Assembly: GCA_017610205.1 (NCBI GenBank)
Contig: JAFCCL010000001.1
Location: forward strand, 157,199-221,198
Origin: Candidatus Iainarchaeum sp.
Lineage (GTDB): Archaea; Iainarchaeota; Iainarchaeia; Iainarchaeales; GCA-2688035
Direction: 5' to 3'
Length of the DNA stretch: 64,000 nt
Under the pieces are notes generated by a model. It saw only the letters and a program-made list of their open reading frames with translations, had not been told where the DNA came from and ran no database searches. A program made the position numbers and the translations under genes. Positions 18,380 through 27,148 of this stretch are shown here, one piece after another; within the stretch, counting starts at the first letter, position 1; every line of letters begins with the position of its first letter.

Positions 18380-18609
18380 GCTTCTTCCTCTTCCTTTGAA
18401 AGCCAGTCTTTTGCCAACGATTTTTCGGAAGCAAGCATTGTAGAAAACTCTTCCTCAAGCAATTGGTCAACCTTGGTTAAAATTATTTTTCCACTCTTTT
18501 CAACTAACAGCAATTTGCTTCCCTGTTCAATAGCCATTTCTTCCCTTGTTTTCTTTGGCAAAACAACCTGTCCCTTCTTGCTTACAGTTATTATTTCCAC
18601 TTGTGTCAT
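18376..18609 (-). CDS. AbrB/MazE/SpoVT-type antitoxin
   Basis: VEIITVSKKGQVVLPKKTREEMAIEQGSKLLLVEKSGKIILTKV is a swapped-hairpin AbrB-type motif. It sits directly upstream of the MazF-like gene. Confidence 0.8.
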   Translation of the reverse strand: MTQVEIITVSKKGQVVLPKKTREEMAIEQGSKLLLVEKSGKIILTKVDQLLEEEFSTMLASEKSLAKDWLSKEEEEA

Positions 18610-18736
18610 ACTACTATTACCCCAACAAACAATTTATAAATGTAAGTCCAAACTTACTTGTAAGCCTCCTTCTTATTCTTAGAATATATTCTCTGAAATT
18701 TTTCTCCTTATATTTTATACAATTTTTGACTTTTTT

Positions 18737-20035
18737 TTATACTCTCCCTTCAAGTAACTTATTAAGTTTTGGAAAAATTTCTTTTCTGAATTGCTGGTAT
18801 GAAAGGCGACTATTTTTTAGTACCAATTTTCTTATCCTCTCTTGTATAATATCACTAGTTATTGTTGGAAGAACATCCTCTAGCCAATACTCTATTTCCT
18901 CCTTCATTTGGTTTTTAGCAAAATTTTTTCCAGCAGCAGCTCTTTGTTTTCTTGTACGTTGTTTGATTTTTGGTAGCTTACCGCCCCTTTCTTCAAATCG
19001 CTTCCTAGCTATGACCGCATCGGCTTTAGGAACATAGGTGTTTTGTCCAATTCTAGTTCTAGGCACTTGTCTTCTATACAAATAAGAAACTGTTACCCCA
19101 AGTTCTTTTGCTAATTGAGAAAATGGAATAAGCTCACCTTTTTTTAGTAAGTCTGGAACTTTTTTTCTGAGTCTTGCTTCCTTAAGCATTAAATTTGCAA
19201 ATTCTTGTGGGTAAATCCACTGGTGCTTGCGATTAACAATGTCTCTTGCAAGGCCTTTAATTGGCGGATTATAACTATACCACTTGCCTTCAATTCTATT
19301 TCTGCCTTGTTTTTTTGCTAATTCTTCGTTATGCCACATATAATCTATTTTTTTCCGAATCTGTATTGCTGTTATCTTCAAACCCTGTTTTTTGGCAAGA
19401 CTCATTAAGTCCTTCGCAGTAAAGTAACCTCTGGGTGTAATAAGTGTTGCGCTGGAATCAGCAATAATTCTATGCAATTTTTCCTCAGGGAACAGCCATC
19501 CTTTTGGTCTATTTGGGTTTCTTTCTTTATCACGTATTTGTTCCAGTTTCCCTCGGTTAATTAAGTAACCTTTTTCCTTTGCTCTTTCAATGAGTTGGCT
19601 GGTACTTAAATAACCTGTTTCAGCTGAACTCCTTGTTTTAACCACTGGGGCTGTTGGCTTTACCCTTTTTGCACTTTTAGCAGTTGCTTTCAGTCTCTCA
19701 ATTCTTGCTTCCCTTTTTTCCAATGCTTTAAACGCAATTAAATCCCGGCCTTTAAGTGATAATTTTGCTTTGCCGCCTAACAGTTCCATTTTAGCTGCTT
19801 TAATTGCCCTTTTTTCACCAGCTACTAATCTAAATAATGTATTTCTAGCAGTATTTTTTAAAGCAACTTGTTCTGGACCAGCTTCCGAAATAGTTTTCAA
19901 AAGCCTGGGCGCTCTTACAAAAAAGGATTCTTCTTTATCACGAATATTTCTCTGAATATTATCACCCATGACAAACCAGCCCTTAGGCCTTAGGTCTATA
20001 TCGTGTCTAGTACTCCTCCTTTTTTTTGTAGCCAT
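18737..20035 (-). CDS. hypothetical basic protein with three excisionase/MerR-like HTH-looking modules
   Basis: Repeated pattern YLSTSQLIERAKEKGYLINRGKL / YFTAKDLMSLAKKQGLKITAIQI / LIPFSQLAKELGVTVSYLYRRQV. Confidence 0.5.
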   Translation of the reverse strand: MATKKRRSTRHDIDLRPKGWFVMGDNIQRNIRDKEESFFVRAPRLLKTISEAGPEQVALKNTARNTLFRLVAGEKRAIKAAKMELLGGKAKLSLKGRDLIAFKALEKREARIERLKATAKSAKRVKPTAPVVKTRSSAETGYLSTSQLIERAKEKGYLINRGKLEQIRDKERNPNRPKGWLFPEEKLHRIIADSSATLITPRGYFTAKDLMSLAKKQGLKITAIQIRKKIDYMWHNEELAKKQGRNRIEGKWYSYNPPIKGLARDIVNRKHQWIYPQEFANLMLKEARLRKKVPDLLKKGELIPFSQLAKELGVTVSYLYRRQVPRTRIGQNTYVPKADAVIARKRFEERGGKLPKIKQRTRKQRAAAGKNFAKNQMKEEIEYWLEDVLPTITSDIIQERIRKLVLKNSRLSYQQFRKEIFPKLNKLLEGRV

Positions 20036-20216
20036 AATAAAAATAAGCTCTTTGGGGAATTTAATTGTTTTCTTTTTTTAAGTGTTAATAAAATTATTAG
20101 TTAAATTACATTTTTTTCCAAGAGTTTATCCTAATTGTTGAATTAGTTTGGGGGTTGTTACACTTATGTTATTATTCCTGTCATTCCCACTCAATTGTTC
20201 CTGGTTGGTTTTCAAC

Positions 20217-21155
20217 TTAAATATACTCAATTGTTGCAGGGGGCTTTCCTGTTATCTCGTACAAGACACGCGTAACAGAGGGGATCTCAGCAACGATTCT
20301 TTCAGAAATCTTTTTCAAAACAGGCATTGGAACATCTGTTGCCGTTCCTTCCATTGCATCTTTGGAGTCAATAACCCTTACTGCAATTATGTTGCCAAAA
20401 TTCCTGTTTCCTTCTTTGTCAATCCCTGTCCCCCTGTCCTCAAACAGGACGGCAAATGCCTGAAATGGCTTAAGTCTGGCATTTTTTATTTCTTCTTCTA
20501 CAACAATGTGTGCTTTTCTTAAAATGTCTGCCTTTTCAGGGGTTACCTCTCCAATGCACCTTGCCATAAGGCCTGGTCCGGGAAACGGCATTCTTTCGCT
20601 TATTTCTTCCGGCAATCCCAGAGCCCTTCCAACTTCTCTTACGCCTGGCTTAAACAGCTCAGCGACAGGTTCAAGGATTGTAAGCTTGTACTTGCCTGGA
20701 TCCAGTCCAACCTGTTCCAGTGGATTGTGGTGTGTTTTTACCCCTTTATTGGTTTCAAGGATGTCAGGCTTTATTGTTCCCTGAATCATAAACTTTGCAT
20801 TGCTTTCCTTTACTGCGTCCCTCAAAGTCTTAAAAAAAGTGTCTCTAAATGCCTTTCTTTTTTCTTCAGGGTCAGTCAAACCCTTTAATGCATCAAAAAA
20901 TTCTTTTCTAACATCCCTTATCTTTAAATCAATTTCAACCTTTGCAAAAATTTCCTTAAGATCTGGGCCTTCATTTTCCCTCATTACACCTGTGTCCAAA
21001 AAAACACATTCAAGCCTGTTTCCAATAGCCTTGTAGCCAAGCATGGCACAAACACTTGAGTCAACCCCACCGCTTAATGCAACAATTGCCTTTTCTTCCC
21101 CGATTGCTTCCTTTAGCTTTTTTGTTTCTTCTTCAATAAATGTATTGGCATCCAT
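20217..21155 (-). CDS. guaA: GMP synthase (glutamine-hydrolysing) subunit B, ATP-pyrophosphatase domain
   Basis: PP-loop ALSGGVDSSV and C-terminus GKPPATIEYI. 312 aa without a GATase domain, which is the archaeal split form. Confidence 0.9.
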   Translation of the reverse strand: MDANTFIEEETKKLKEAIGEEKAIVALSGGVDSSVCAMLGYKAIGNRLECVFLDTGVMRENEGPDLKEIFAKVEIDLKIRDVRKEFFDALKGLTDPEEKRKAFRDTFFKTLRDAVKESNAKFMIQGTIKPDILETNKGVKTHHNPLEQVGLDPGKYKLTILEPVAELFKPGVREVGRALGLPEEISERMPFPGPGLMARCIGEVTPEKADILRKAHIVVEEEIKNARLKPFQAFAVLFEDRGTGIDKEGNRNFGNIIAVRVIDSKDAMEGTATDVPMPVLKKISERIVAEIPSVTRVLYEITGKPPATIEYI

Positions 21156-21348
21156 TTCAAACTACCCCCTAATGTAAATTTAAAAAAAAGAAAGAAATTC
21201 TTTTAAACTGCCCCAGTGCTATTTTATGTAGCAAATTTCGCGAAAGATATTTAATAAGAAAACAAGTATTTGAATACGTGTTGGGAGTTAAGGAGGCAAG
21301 CTAAACTGTTTAAACAGTTCCCTAGCTTGCTTTCCTTACACTTATTTT

Positions 21349-21687
21349 TTGGCAATTCAAAAGTATTTTAAACATCAAATGCAATATATTTTTATGACTC
21401 CAGCAAAAGCTGTAAGGAATTTGGCAAAGCGTTACACCATTACTCACAAAAAAACGCAGGGTGACTTTAATGATGTACTCCAACGCGGTAGGTTGCAAAA
21501 ACATAGGGTTGCAAAAGACGCGCAAGGCAAGGAATTTTTTCCTGACAGGCGCAGGATGAAACCATCAACTGCAGGTTCTCTTGGCAAAAGTAAGGAAATA
21601 ACTGGTACAGCCAAGAAACTTTATGTTAACCATGGTGTTGAAGCAAGGGGCCTTGGTGGCAGAGGTCGAAGAAGAAGCAAGCACTAA
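21349..21687 (+). CDS. hypothetical small basic protein
   Basis: 112-aa ORF ending GGRGRRRSKH. No motif, so coding status is uncertain. Confidence 0.3.
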   Translation: MAIQKYFKHQMQYIFMTPAKAVRNLAKRYTITHKKTQGDFNDVLQRGRLQKHRVAKDAQGKEFFPDRRRMKPSTAGSLGKSKEITGTAKKLYVNHGVEARGLGGRGRRRSKH

Positions 21688-21815
21688 AATAGTTAAAAAA
21701 ACCGCTTGGAAATAGTTTAAATACATTCCATTCCAGCTAATCTTATAGAACATTTTTTTTCCTCGAAAAATAAAGCGGCAAAAAGCAAACGCTATCTTGT
21801 CGCAAAAAAAATTAT

Positions 21816-21899
21816 GCCAACGTGGCGGAGTGGTCAAACGCGCTCGCCTTGAGAGCGAGAGTCCGAGAGGGCACGCAGGTTCAAATCCTGTCGTTGGCG
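21816..21899 (+). tRNA. tRNA-Ser(TGA), integration target
   Basis: Acceptor GCCAACG/CGTTGGC. Anticodon stem CTCGC/GCGAG with loop CTTGAGA. Long variable arm. T arm GCAGG-TTCAAAT-CCTGT. 84 nt. Confidence 0.9.
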
Positions 21900-21958
21900 T
21901 CTTTCTCCAATTCAATCGCCCTTGCCCCCTGCATTTAAATGGGTTTCGGTTGAGGGAG

Positions 21959-23164
21959 ATGAAAAGTATGAGGGAATACATTCACCCCTACAAGAAAAAC
22001 CTTGAAAGGGAAATTCAACGAATAAAGGAATCTGAGCTGCTTGGGGATAACAAGCAGTTGATTCTGAAATTCTATCAGCACAACATGGCTCAAGAGCACA
22101 GCCTTCCGAGAATGGAACGGCAAGCCTGTGTTCTAAGAAAGGTTGCCGAGTGGCAGAAAAAGGATTTCAGGCAGTTAACCAAAGAAGACTATGTGGCTTT
22201 CATTGCCTGGATGCGCGAAAAAGAATACAAAGACGGAACCATCTGGACATACAAACAAATACTTATGGTCTTTCACAAATGGCTCAACAACGGAGTAAAG
22301 CCAGAGTGCATTGCATGGTTCAAGCTCAAAAAGCTGTTCAATAATACCTTGCCAGAGAACCTAATTACGCCGGAAGAAGCCAAAAGGCTGATTAAAGGAG
22401 CGGATAAAAAGCGTGACAAGGCATTGATTGCCTCTCTTTGGGAAACAGGAGCGCGTATCGGTGAGCTTGGGTGCCTGAAAATAAGGGACGTTACCTTTGA
22501 TGAATTTGGTGGAAGAGTTCTCCTAAACGGCAAAACAGGTATGAGAAAAGTCAGAATTGTTCACAGCGCACCATACATTTTGGACTGGCTTAACGAACAC
22601 CCTTTTAGCAAGGACGTTGATGCCCCACTTTGGATTTGCTTTGGGCAAAAGACCTGTGAAAGGGTTTGCTACAACACAATAGTCAAAGTGCTTTTGATGG
22701 CAAAGGCAAGAGCAGGAATAAGCAAGCCTGTCAACCCACATCATTTCAGGCACAGCAGGGCAACATACATGGCTCAGCATCTAACAGAAGCCCAGATGAA
22801 AGAATACTTTGGATGGGGGCAGGATAGTAGAATGGCTGCACGATATGTTCACCTTTCAGGCAAGCAGGTTGACGACGCAGTTCTGAGAATGTGCGGCCTG
22901 AAGAAAAGAGAGGAAGAAAAGGATATCCTAAAGCGCGAACCTTGTCCCAGATGCAAATTCCTGAACGAAATTAACTCAGATTACTGCCAAAAATGCTGGA
23001 TTCCTCTAAGTCCACAAGCTACAAATGAAATTCAGGAAACAGAAGACAAAAGCCAAGAAAGCGTAATCAGCCTAATGAAATTGCTTGAATTAGTTGGAAA
23101 CAACCCGGGAAAAGTGCGGCAGGCACTCACAATCCTGCAACAAGACACTACAAGGAGGTTTTAG
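21959..23164 (+). CDS. int: tyrosine recombinase / integrase
   Basis: ASLWETGARIGELGCL (box I Arg), HHFRHSRATYMA (HxxR) and GW...MAARYVH (catalytic Tyr). Trimmed from the track start 21797, which reads through the tRNA. Confidence 0.9.
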   Translation: MKSMREYIHPYKKNLEREIQRIKESELLGDNKQLILKFYQHNMAQEHSLPRMERQACVLRKVAEWQKKDFRQLTKEDYVAFIAWMREKEYKDGTIWTYKQILMVFHKWLNNGVKPECIAWFKLKKLFNNTLPENLITPEEAKRLIKGADKKRDKALIASLWETGARIGELGCLKIRDVTFDEFGGRVLLNGKTGMRKVRIVHSAPYILDWLNEHPFSKDVDAPLWICFGQKTCERVCYNTIVKVLLMAKARAGISKPVNPHHFRHSRATYMAQHLTEAQMKEYFGWGQDSRMAARYVHLSGKQVDDAVLRMCGLKKREEEKDILKREPCPRCKFLNEINSDYCQKCWIPLSPQATNEIQETEDKSQESVISLMKLLELVGNNPGKVRQALTILQQDTTRRF

Positions 23165-23333
23165 AATGGGAATGGGAACATTTTTACAGCAAAATAAGAC
23201 AAAAAACCAATTGGTAGAAACAAACAGATTATTGAAAGAGCAAAACCAATTGCTAAAAGAAATCAAGGAATTACTGGAAAGAAGACAATAGAATTTTAAT
23301 AGGGTTTTTGAGTATTCAACTAGTAGGCACACT

Positions 23334-24074
23334 GTGGCGAATATGGTTAGAGGTAATGAGGCAATGGAAAGCAAGCAAAAACCCGACAAAGCAGAACATA
23401 ATGATGGTCTTTGTATAGACTGGTCTAAATGCAAGTATAAGTCTGTGAGGAGTTGCTCACTTTCGTTTTATGCAAGAAATTTAGAGATTAAACTAAGCGA
23501 AAATCATTTTTTGTCTTTTAGCGAAGAACTAAAAAAATTTTATCAGAGTTATTTAGAAGAAATGAAAAAGTCAATCAAGCAGTGTTGTAAAAATGACAAG
23601 CCGCCTTCACCCGGTGACCGAAAGAAAAATACTCAAATATTTACCAAGGCCCTGATAGGTCTAATATCGGATGTTATTGACGTTCCAAAAGACGAGATAA
23701 TATCAGAAAAGCGCGTAACATTTATGGATAAGAGAAAACTAGAGAAACCAATAGACCTCTACATACCTAAAATAAATACTTTTATTGAAATAAAATATGT
23801 CTTAGACTTCAATCATGTTGGTTCGGCTCTATTTGAAGCAATTCTCTGCAAAAAGTTGAAAAATATAAGGTTCCTAGTAGTCGGATGGTATGATTCCGCG
23901 CAAGAAAGAAAAGATTGCTTTGCTTATAACGAAATACTAGATAACGAAAAACTACCGGAGCTAAAGAACTACATAGACGGAATATTTGCACTAAACCCGA
24001 AATATGGAACAAAGCAAGCTGAAAAGTTTGTATCCAAACTAAAGGAGTATGCCAAGGGCCAAGCAGTTGTCTAA
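23334..24074 (+). CDS. PD-(D/E)xK-like nuclease candidate (possible restriction endonuclease)
   Basis: KPIDLYIPKINTFIEIKYVLDF fits the hhD...ExK core. It lies next to the methyltransferase genes. ATG alternatives are at 23343 and 23364. Confidence 0.45.
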   Translation: MANMVRGNEAMESKQKPDKAEHNDGLCIDWSKCKYKSVRSCSLSFYARNLEIKLSENHFLSFSEELKKFYQSYLEEMKKSIKQCCKNDKPPSPGDRKKNTQIFTKALIGLISDVIDVPKDEIISEKRVTFMDKRKLEKPIDLYIPKINTFIEIKYVLDFNHVGSALFEAILCKKLKNIRFLVVGWYDSAQERKDCFAYNEILDNEKLPELKNYIDGIFALNPKYGTKQAEKFVSKLKEYAKGQAVV

Positions 24075-24604
24075 TCTTATAACTGAATTTTGTTCAACCT
24101 GACGATTGCTTCAATCAACCCTTGCTCCAGCTTATTCAATTTACCTTCAAGGTTTTCAATTCGCTCACTCAAATTGTAAAAGCTTCTCTGCGGTGAATTA
24201 GTGCTAAACCCTATCTTTGTCAAGTCCCTCATCCTTCCTTCCCTCCAAAATTTTTTCCAACTGCTGTAGCGCAAAAACAAAGGCTTTCCCGTGCACCTGT
24301 TCAAAGTGCCGCAAGTTTCGATAACGCACAACTAACAGCACCCCCTTCTCCTTTCTTGCCCTTTTCTTTCAATTCCTTCCACTGCTTATATTTTTCAAGC
24401 AGATAACACAGTGGGGCAGCGTTGTCCTTTTTGAACTCCTCAAGCTTTGGAGCACACCCTACCTGCAAAATTGTCTGGATTCCATCCACAATCAACCACC
24501 TCAAACAGAAACCTGTTCCCAGCGTTTAAATAGGTTTTGTGAAAAAATTAAGCAGAAAGCATTGCAAGCTTTATTTAAAAATAGTTTCAAATAGGCTTAT
24601 TCTT

Positions 24605-25987
24605 ATGGCTAAGGAAGAAAGAAACTGGCATCCAAATTTCAAAAAATACATGGAAAAAATAATACAACATCCTAACTACACAGGAATGCCCGAAATTCAC
24701 AAAAAAGATGGTTCTATCCTATGGATTACTGCAGGCAAAGGCAGAATAGGCAAAGAACGCACTAAATGGTGGGACAAAAAAAGAGAAGAGCTAGGAATAG
24801 ATAAAAAAATCAAATGGATATCAGAAACAGCAAAAAAAAATCATCCAACCGGGAGAAAACCTTGCCAAATCTGTGGCGAGGAAATGGAATTGGCTTATGT
24901 TTATCCATACGTAGGCGTTCTCGCAAAAATTAATGCAATTCCAAAAATAAATGGTTTTTTTGATGTATATTATTCCATTAATGATATAATCAAAGAAGGT
25001 GCAAAGCTTGGAGGAGAAGAATTCTTCAAGGAACTGAGGAAAATATTTAAAATTCCTGCAAAAGTTAAGGATTCTGTTGAAGCATTTCAATCTTATATAA
25101 CCGAAAATTGTAAAACCAAGCTCAGTCCAGGTGCAATGAGCAACGCTCCAGACAGGCTTGATGGCTTTCACACTTACAATAAATGTTGCAGAGCAACGCA
25201 TGACACTGGAAGACATAAGTCTAACCTGCAACGTTATGTCCAAGACAGAAGAGCATATGAAAACTGGGCCGAAGGAGATTGGAAAGCCGCTGAAAGGCTG
25301 ATGGGAGAATTCCATAAACATGGTTTAAGCGCTGACCATATAGGGCCCATATCGCTTGGCTTCTGTCACCGAGCAAAGTTCCAGCCTATGAGTAGAGAAG
25401 CAAACTCTGCTAAAAACAATCGCATGTCATTGAACGATGTTCAAATCCTTCTTGCAGACGAAGCAAAAGGCCAAAAGGTTGTTTCATGGCACTCCAAATT
25501 CGTTTGGGATGCATTGAAAAGTAGAGTGAAAACAGATGCGCAAGCCAAACTTGTGAGCAGGCTAATGAGAAAAAATCTTCATCACGTGCTCAGCATTTTT
25601 GCAAAAATAAATGCCGAGGACGGGAAAGAATTCCTAATTAGGAACTTTCTACACCCAGAACATTCCTATTATGATGTAAAGTTCACTGGATTTAATCCAG
25701 AAACAGGCGGGTTTGAAAAGATGAAAAAAATCGAGGGCGATAAGAAGCAATACAAAAATAATGTTCAACGGTACATTCGCATATCGTTTGAATCACTGGG
25801 CCATTATATTGACAAAGACAATCGTGTCGTTAGCAGCTGGAACAATCTTAAAGTGGATGAGGTGCTTTCAAAAGCAGTGGCTTCATTGAAAGCAGGGAAT
25901 GAAGATACTTGCAAGGAAAACCTTTCAAATACACTGAAACTATTAGCGGAAGATGCAGTGAAAGAATTTGAATCAGAACAAGTATGA
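24605..25987 (+). CDS. candidate restriction endonuclease (zinc-ribbon CxxC + HNH/beta-beta-alpha-Me-like motif)
   Basis: CQICGEEMEL, and LSADHIGPISLGFCHRAKFQPMSREANSAKNNRMSLNDV (DH...N...N spacing). Converges on and overlaps the C5-methyltransferase gene by 15 nt. Trimmed to ATG 24605. Confidence 0.5.
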   Translation: MAKEERNWHPNFKKYMEKIIQHPNYTGMPEIHKKDGSILWITAGKGRIGKERTKWWDKKREELGIDKKIKWISETAKKNHPTGRKPCQICGEEMELAYVYPYVGVLAKINAIPKINGFFDVYYSINDIIKEGAKLGGEEFFKELRKIFKIPAKVKDSVEAFQSYITENCKTKLSPGAMSNAPDRLDGFHTYNKCCRATHDTGRHKSNLQRYVQDRRAYENWAEGDWKAAERLMGEFHKHGLSADHIGPISLGFCHRAKFQPMSREANSAKNNRMSLNDVQILLADEAKGQKVVSWHSKFVWDALKSRVKTDAQAKLVSRLMRKNLHHVLSIFAKINAEDGKEFLIRNFLHPEHSYYDVKFTGFNPETGGFEKMKKIEGDKKQYKNNVQRYIRISFESLGHYIDKDNRVVSSWNNLKVDEVLSKAVASLKAGNEDTCKENLSNTLKLLAEDAVKEFESEQV

Positions 25988-27148
25988 GGGCAGCTTCTTT
26001 TTAATACACACTTCATAAAATTGAGCAAACGTCTTTTTTCCCATCAGAAATTCTTGGTAAGGAGAATAAAGCTCGCCGTCAAACAAAACTTCCATTTCGC
26101 CACTGTTTGGCTTTAAAGCAGGCAAGCCGTAAATAGCATCCTTGACTGTTATAAATGAAGGCAAACCATCAGAGCCATCAGAAAATAGTGGCTTAGGTGA
26201 AGCCAACTTTGTTTCAGTTCTAAACCCAGTAATGAAAACTCTTCTCCTCCTCTGAGGAACACCATATTCTTCAGCCTTAAGTTTCCAAGGCTCATTAACA
26301 TGATAACCAATGCCCTCAAAAGCCTCAACTATTTCTTTAAGAGCTGCTCCTTTTCTCATAGAAAGTATGCCTGGAACATTTTCCATCACAAAAGCTTCAG
26401 GTTTTATTTTTTTGACTAAGTCAACAAAGTGAACAAAAAGGTCATTGCGTGCATCCTTTGGATTCCTCCAACCAGCATGAGAAAATCCTTGGCAGGGTGG
26501 ACCTCCAACCACTACACCAATTTTGTATTTTTTTGCTAGACTGGAAAGTCTTTCTTTATTTTTATTTTCGCGAATATCGCCTAGTATACAGAAAGCAGGA
26601 TCTATTTCAGGATTGTTTTTGAGGAATGTTTCAAAAAAGCGTTTTTCTATTTCAATGGCTCCAACAACATCAAAGCCCGCTAGTTTAAATCCTTCAGAAA
26701 AACCACCTGCACCGGAAAAAAGGTCGATTGTTTTGTCGCTATTAACATGCTTCTTGACTTCTGTTGCAACTGCTCTTGCTAAGAGTGGAGGAACAGCATT
26801 GCCTATTTGTTTAAACTGTGAAGTTTTTGCGCCATGAAAAATGAAATTGTCTTTGAATGATTGCAGTCTTGCACCTTCTCTTAGAGAAATAAGTCTGTTT
26901 TGGGAAGGGTGTATATGGCAACCGTTTCCAATTCTGTTAAAGTATGTTGAAATAGTGTAACTTGGTTTGTCATATCGTAAACGACCATAATAAGTGGTTC
27001 TGCCACCGCTTTCTCTTATTTGCTTTAAACGTTGTGAAGGAATGTGCGGAGGGATGCTTGCCCAATTTCCCCCCGGCGGGATGTGGTTAACCATCTGCAT
27101 TTCTAATTGGCTAAAGCCGGGCGTTATATGGTTATGTAGTTTTCTCAT
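25973..27148 (-). CDS. DNA (cytosine-5)-methyltransferase with circularly permuted motif order (IX-X before I-VIII)
   Basis: N-terminal RLISLREGARLQSFKDNF (IX) and QIGNAVPPLLA (X). Then DLFSGAGGFSEGF (I), GGPPCQGFS (IV), FVMENVPGIL (VI) and GVPQRRRRVFITG (VIII). Confidence 0.85.
   Translation of the reverse strand: MRKLHNHITPGFSQLEMQMVNHIPPGGNWASIPPHIPSQRLKQIRESGGRTTYYGRLRYDKPSYTISTYFNRIGNGCHIHPSQNRLISLREGARLQSFKDNFIFHGAKTSQFKQIGNAVPPLLARAVATEVKKHVNSDKTIDLFSGAGGFSEGFKLAGFDVVGAIEIEKRFFETFLKNNPEIDPAFCILGDIRENKNKERLSSLAKKYKIGVVVGGPPCQGFSHAGWRNPKDARNDLFVHFVDLVKKIKPEAFVMENVPGILSMRKGAALKEIVEAFEGIGYHVNEPWKLKAEEYGVPQRRRRVFITGFRTETKLASPKPLFSDGSDGLPSFITVKDAIYGLPALKPNSGEMEVLFDGELYSPYQEFLMGKKTFAQFYEVCIKKKLPSYLF

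Noticed and set aside
20148-20784. + strand ORFs of 124 and 92 aa
   Set aside because: They are antisense to the guaA subunit B gene.
21565-21981. 138-aa minus-strand ORF, and the 5' extension of the integrase ORF from 21797
   Set aside because: Both read straight through tRNA-Ser(TGA) (21816-21899). I trimmed the integrase to ATG 21959.
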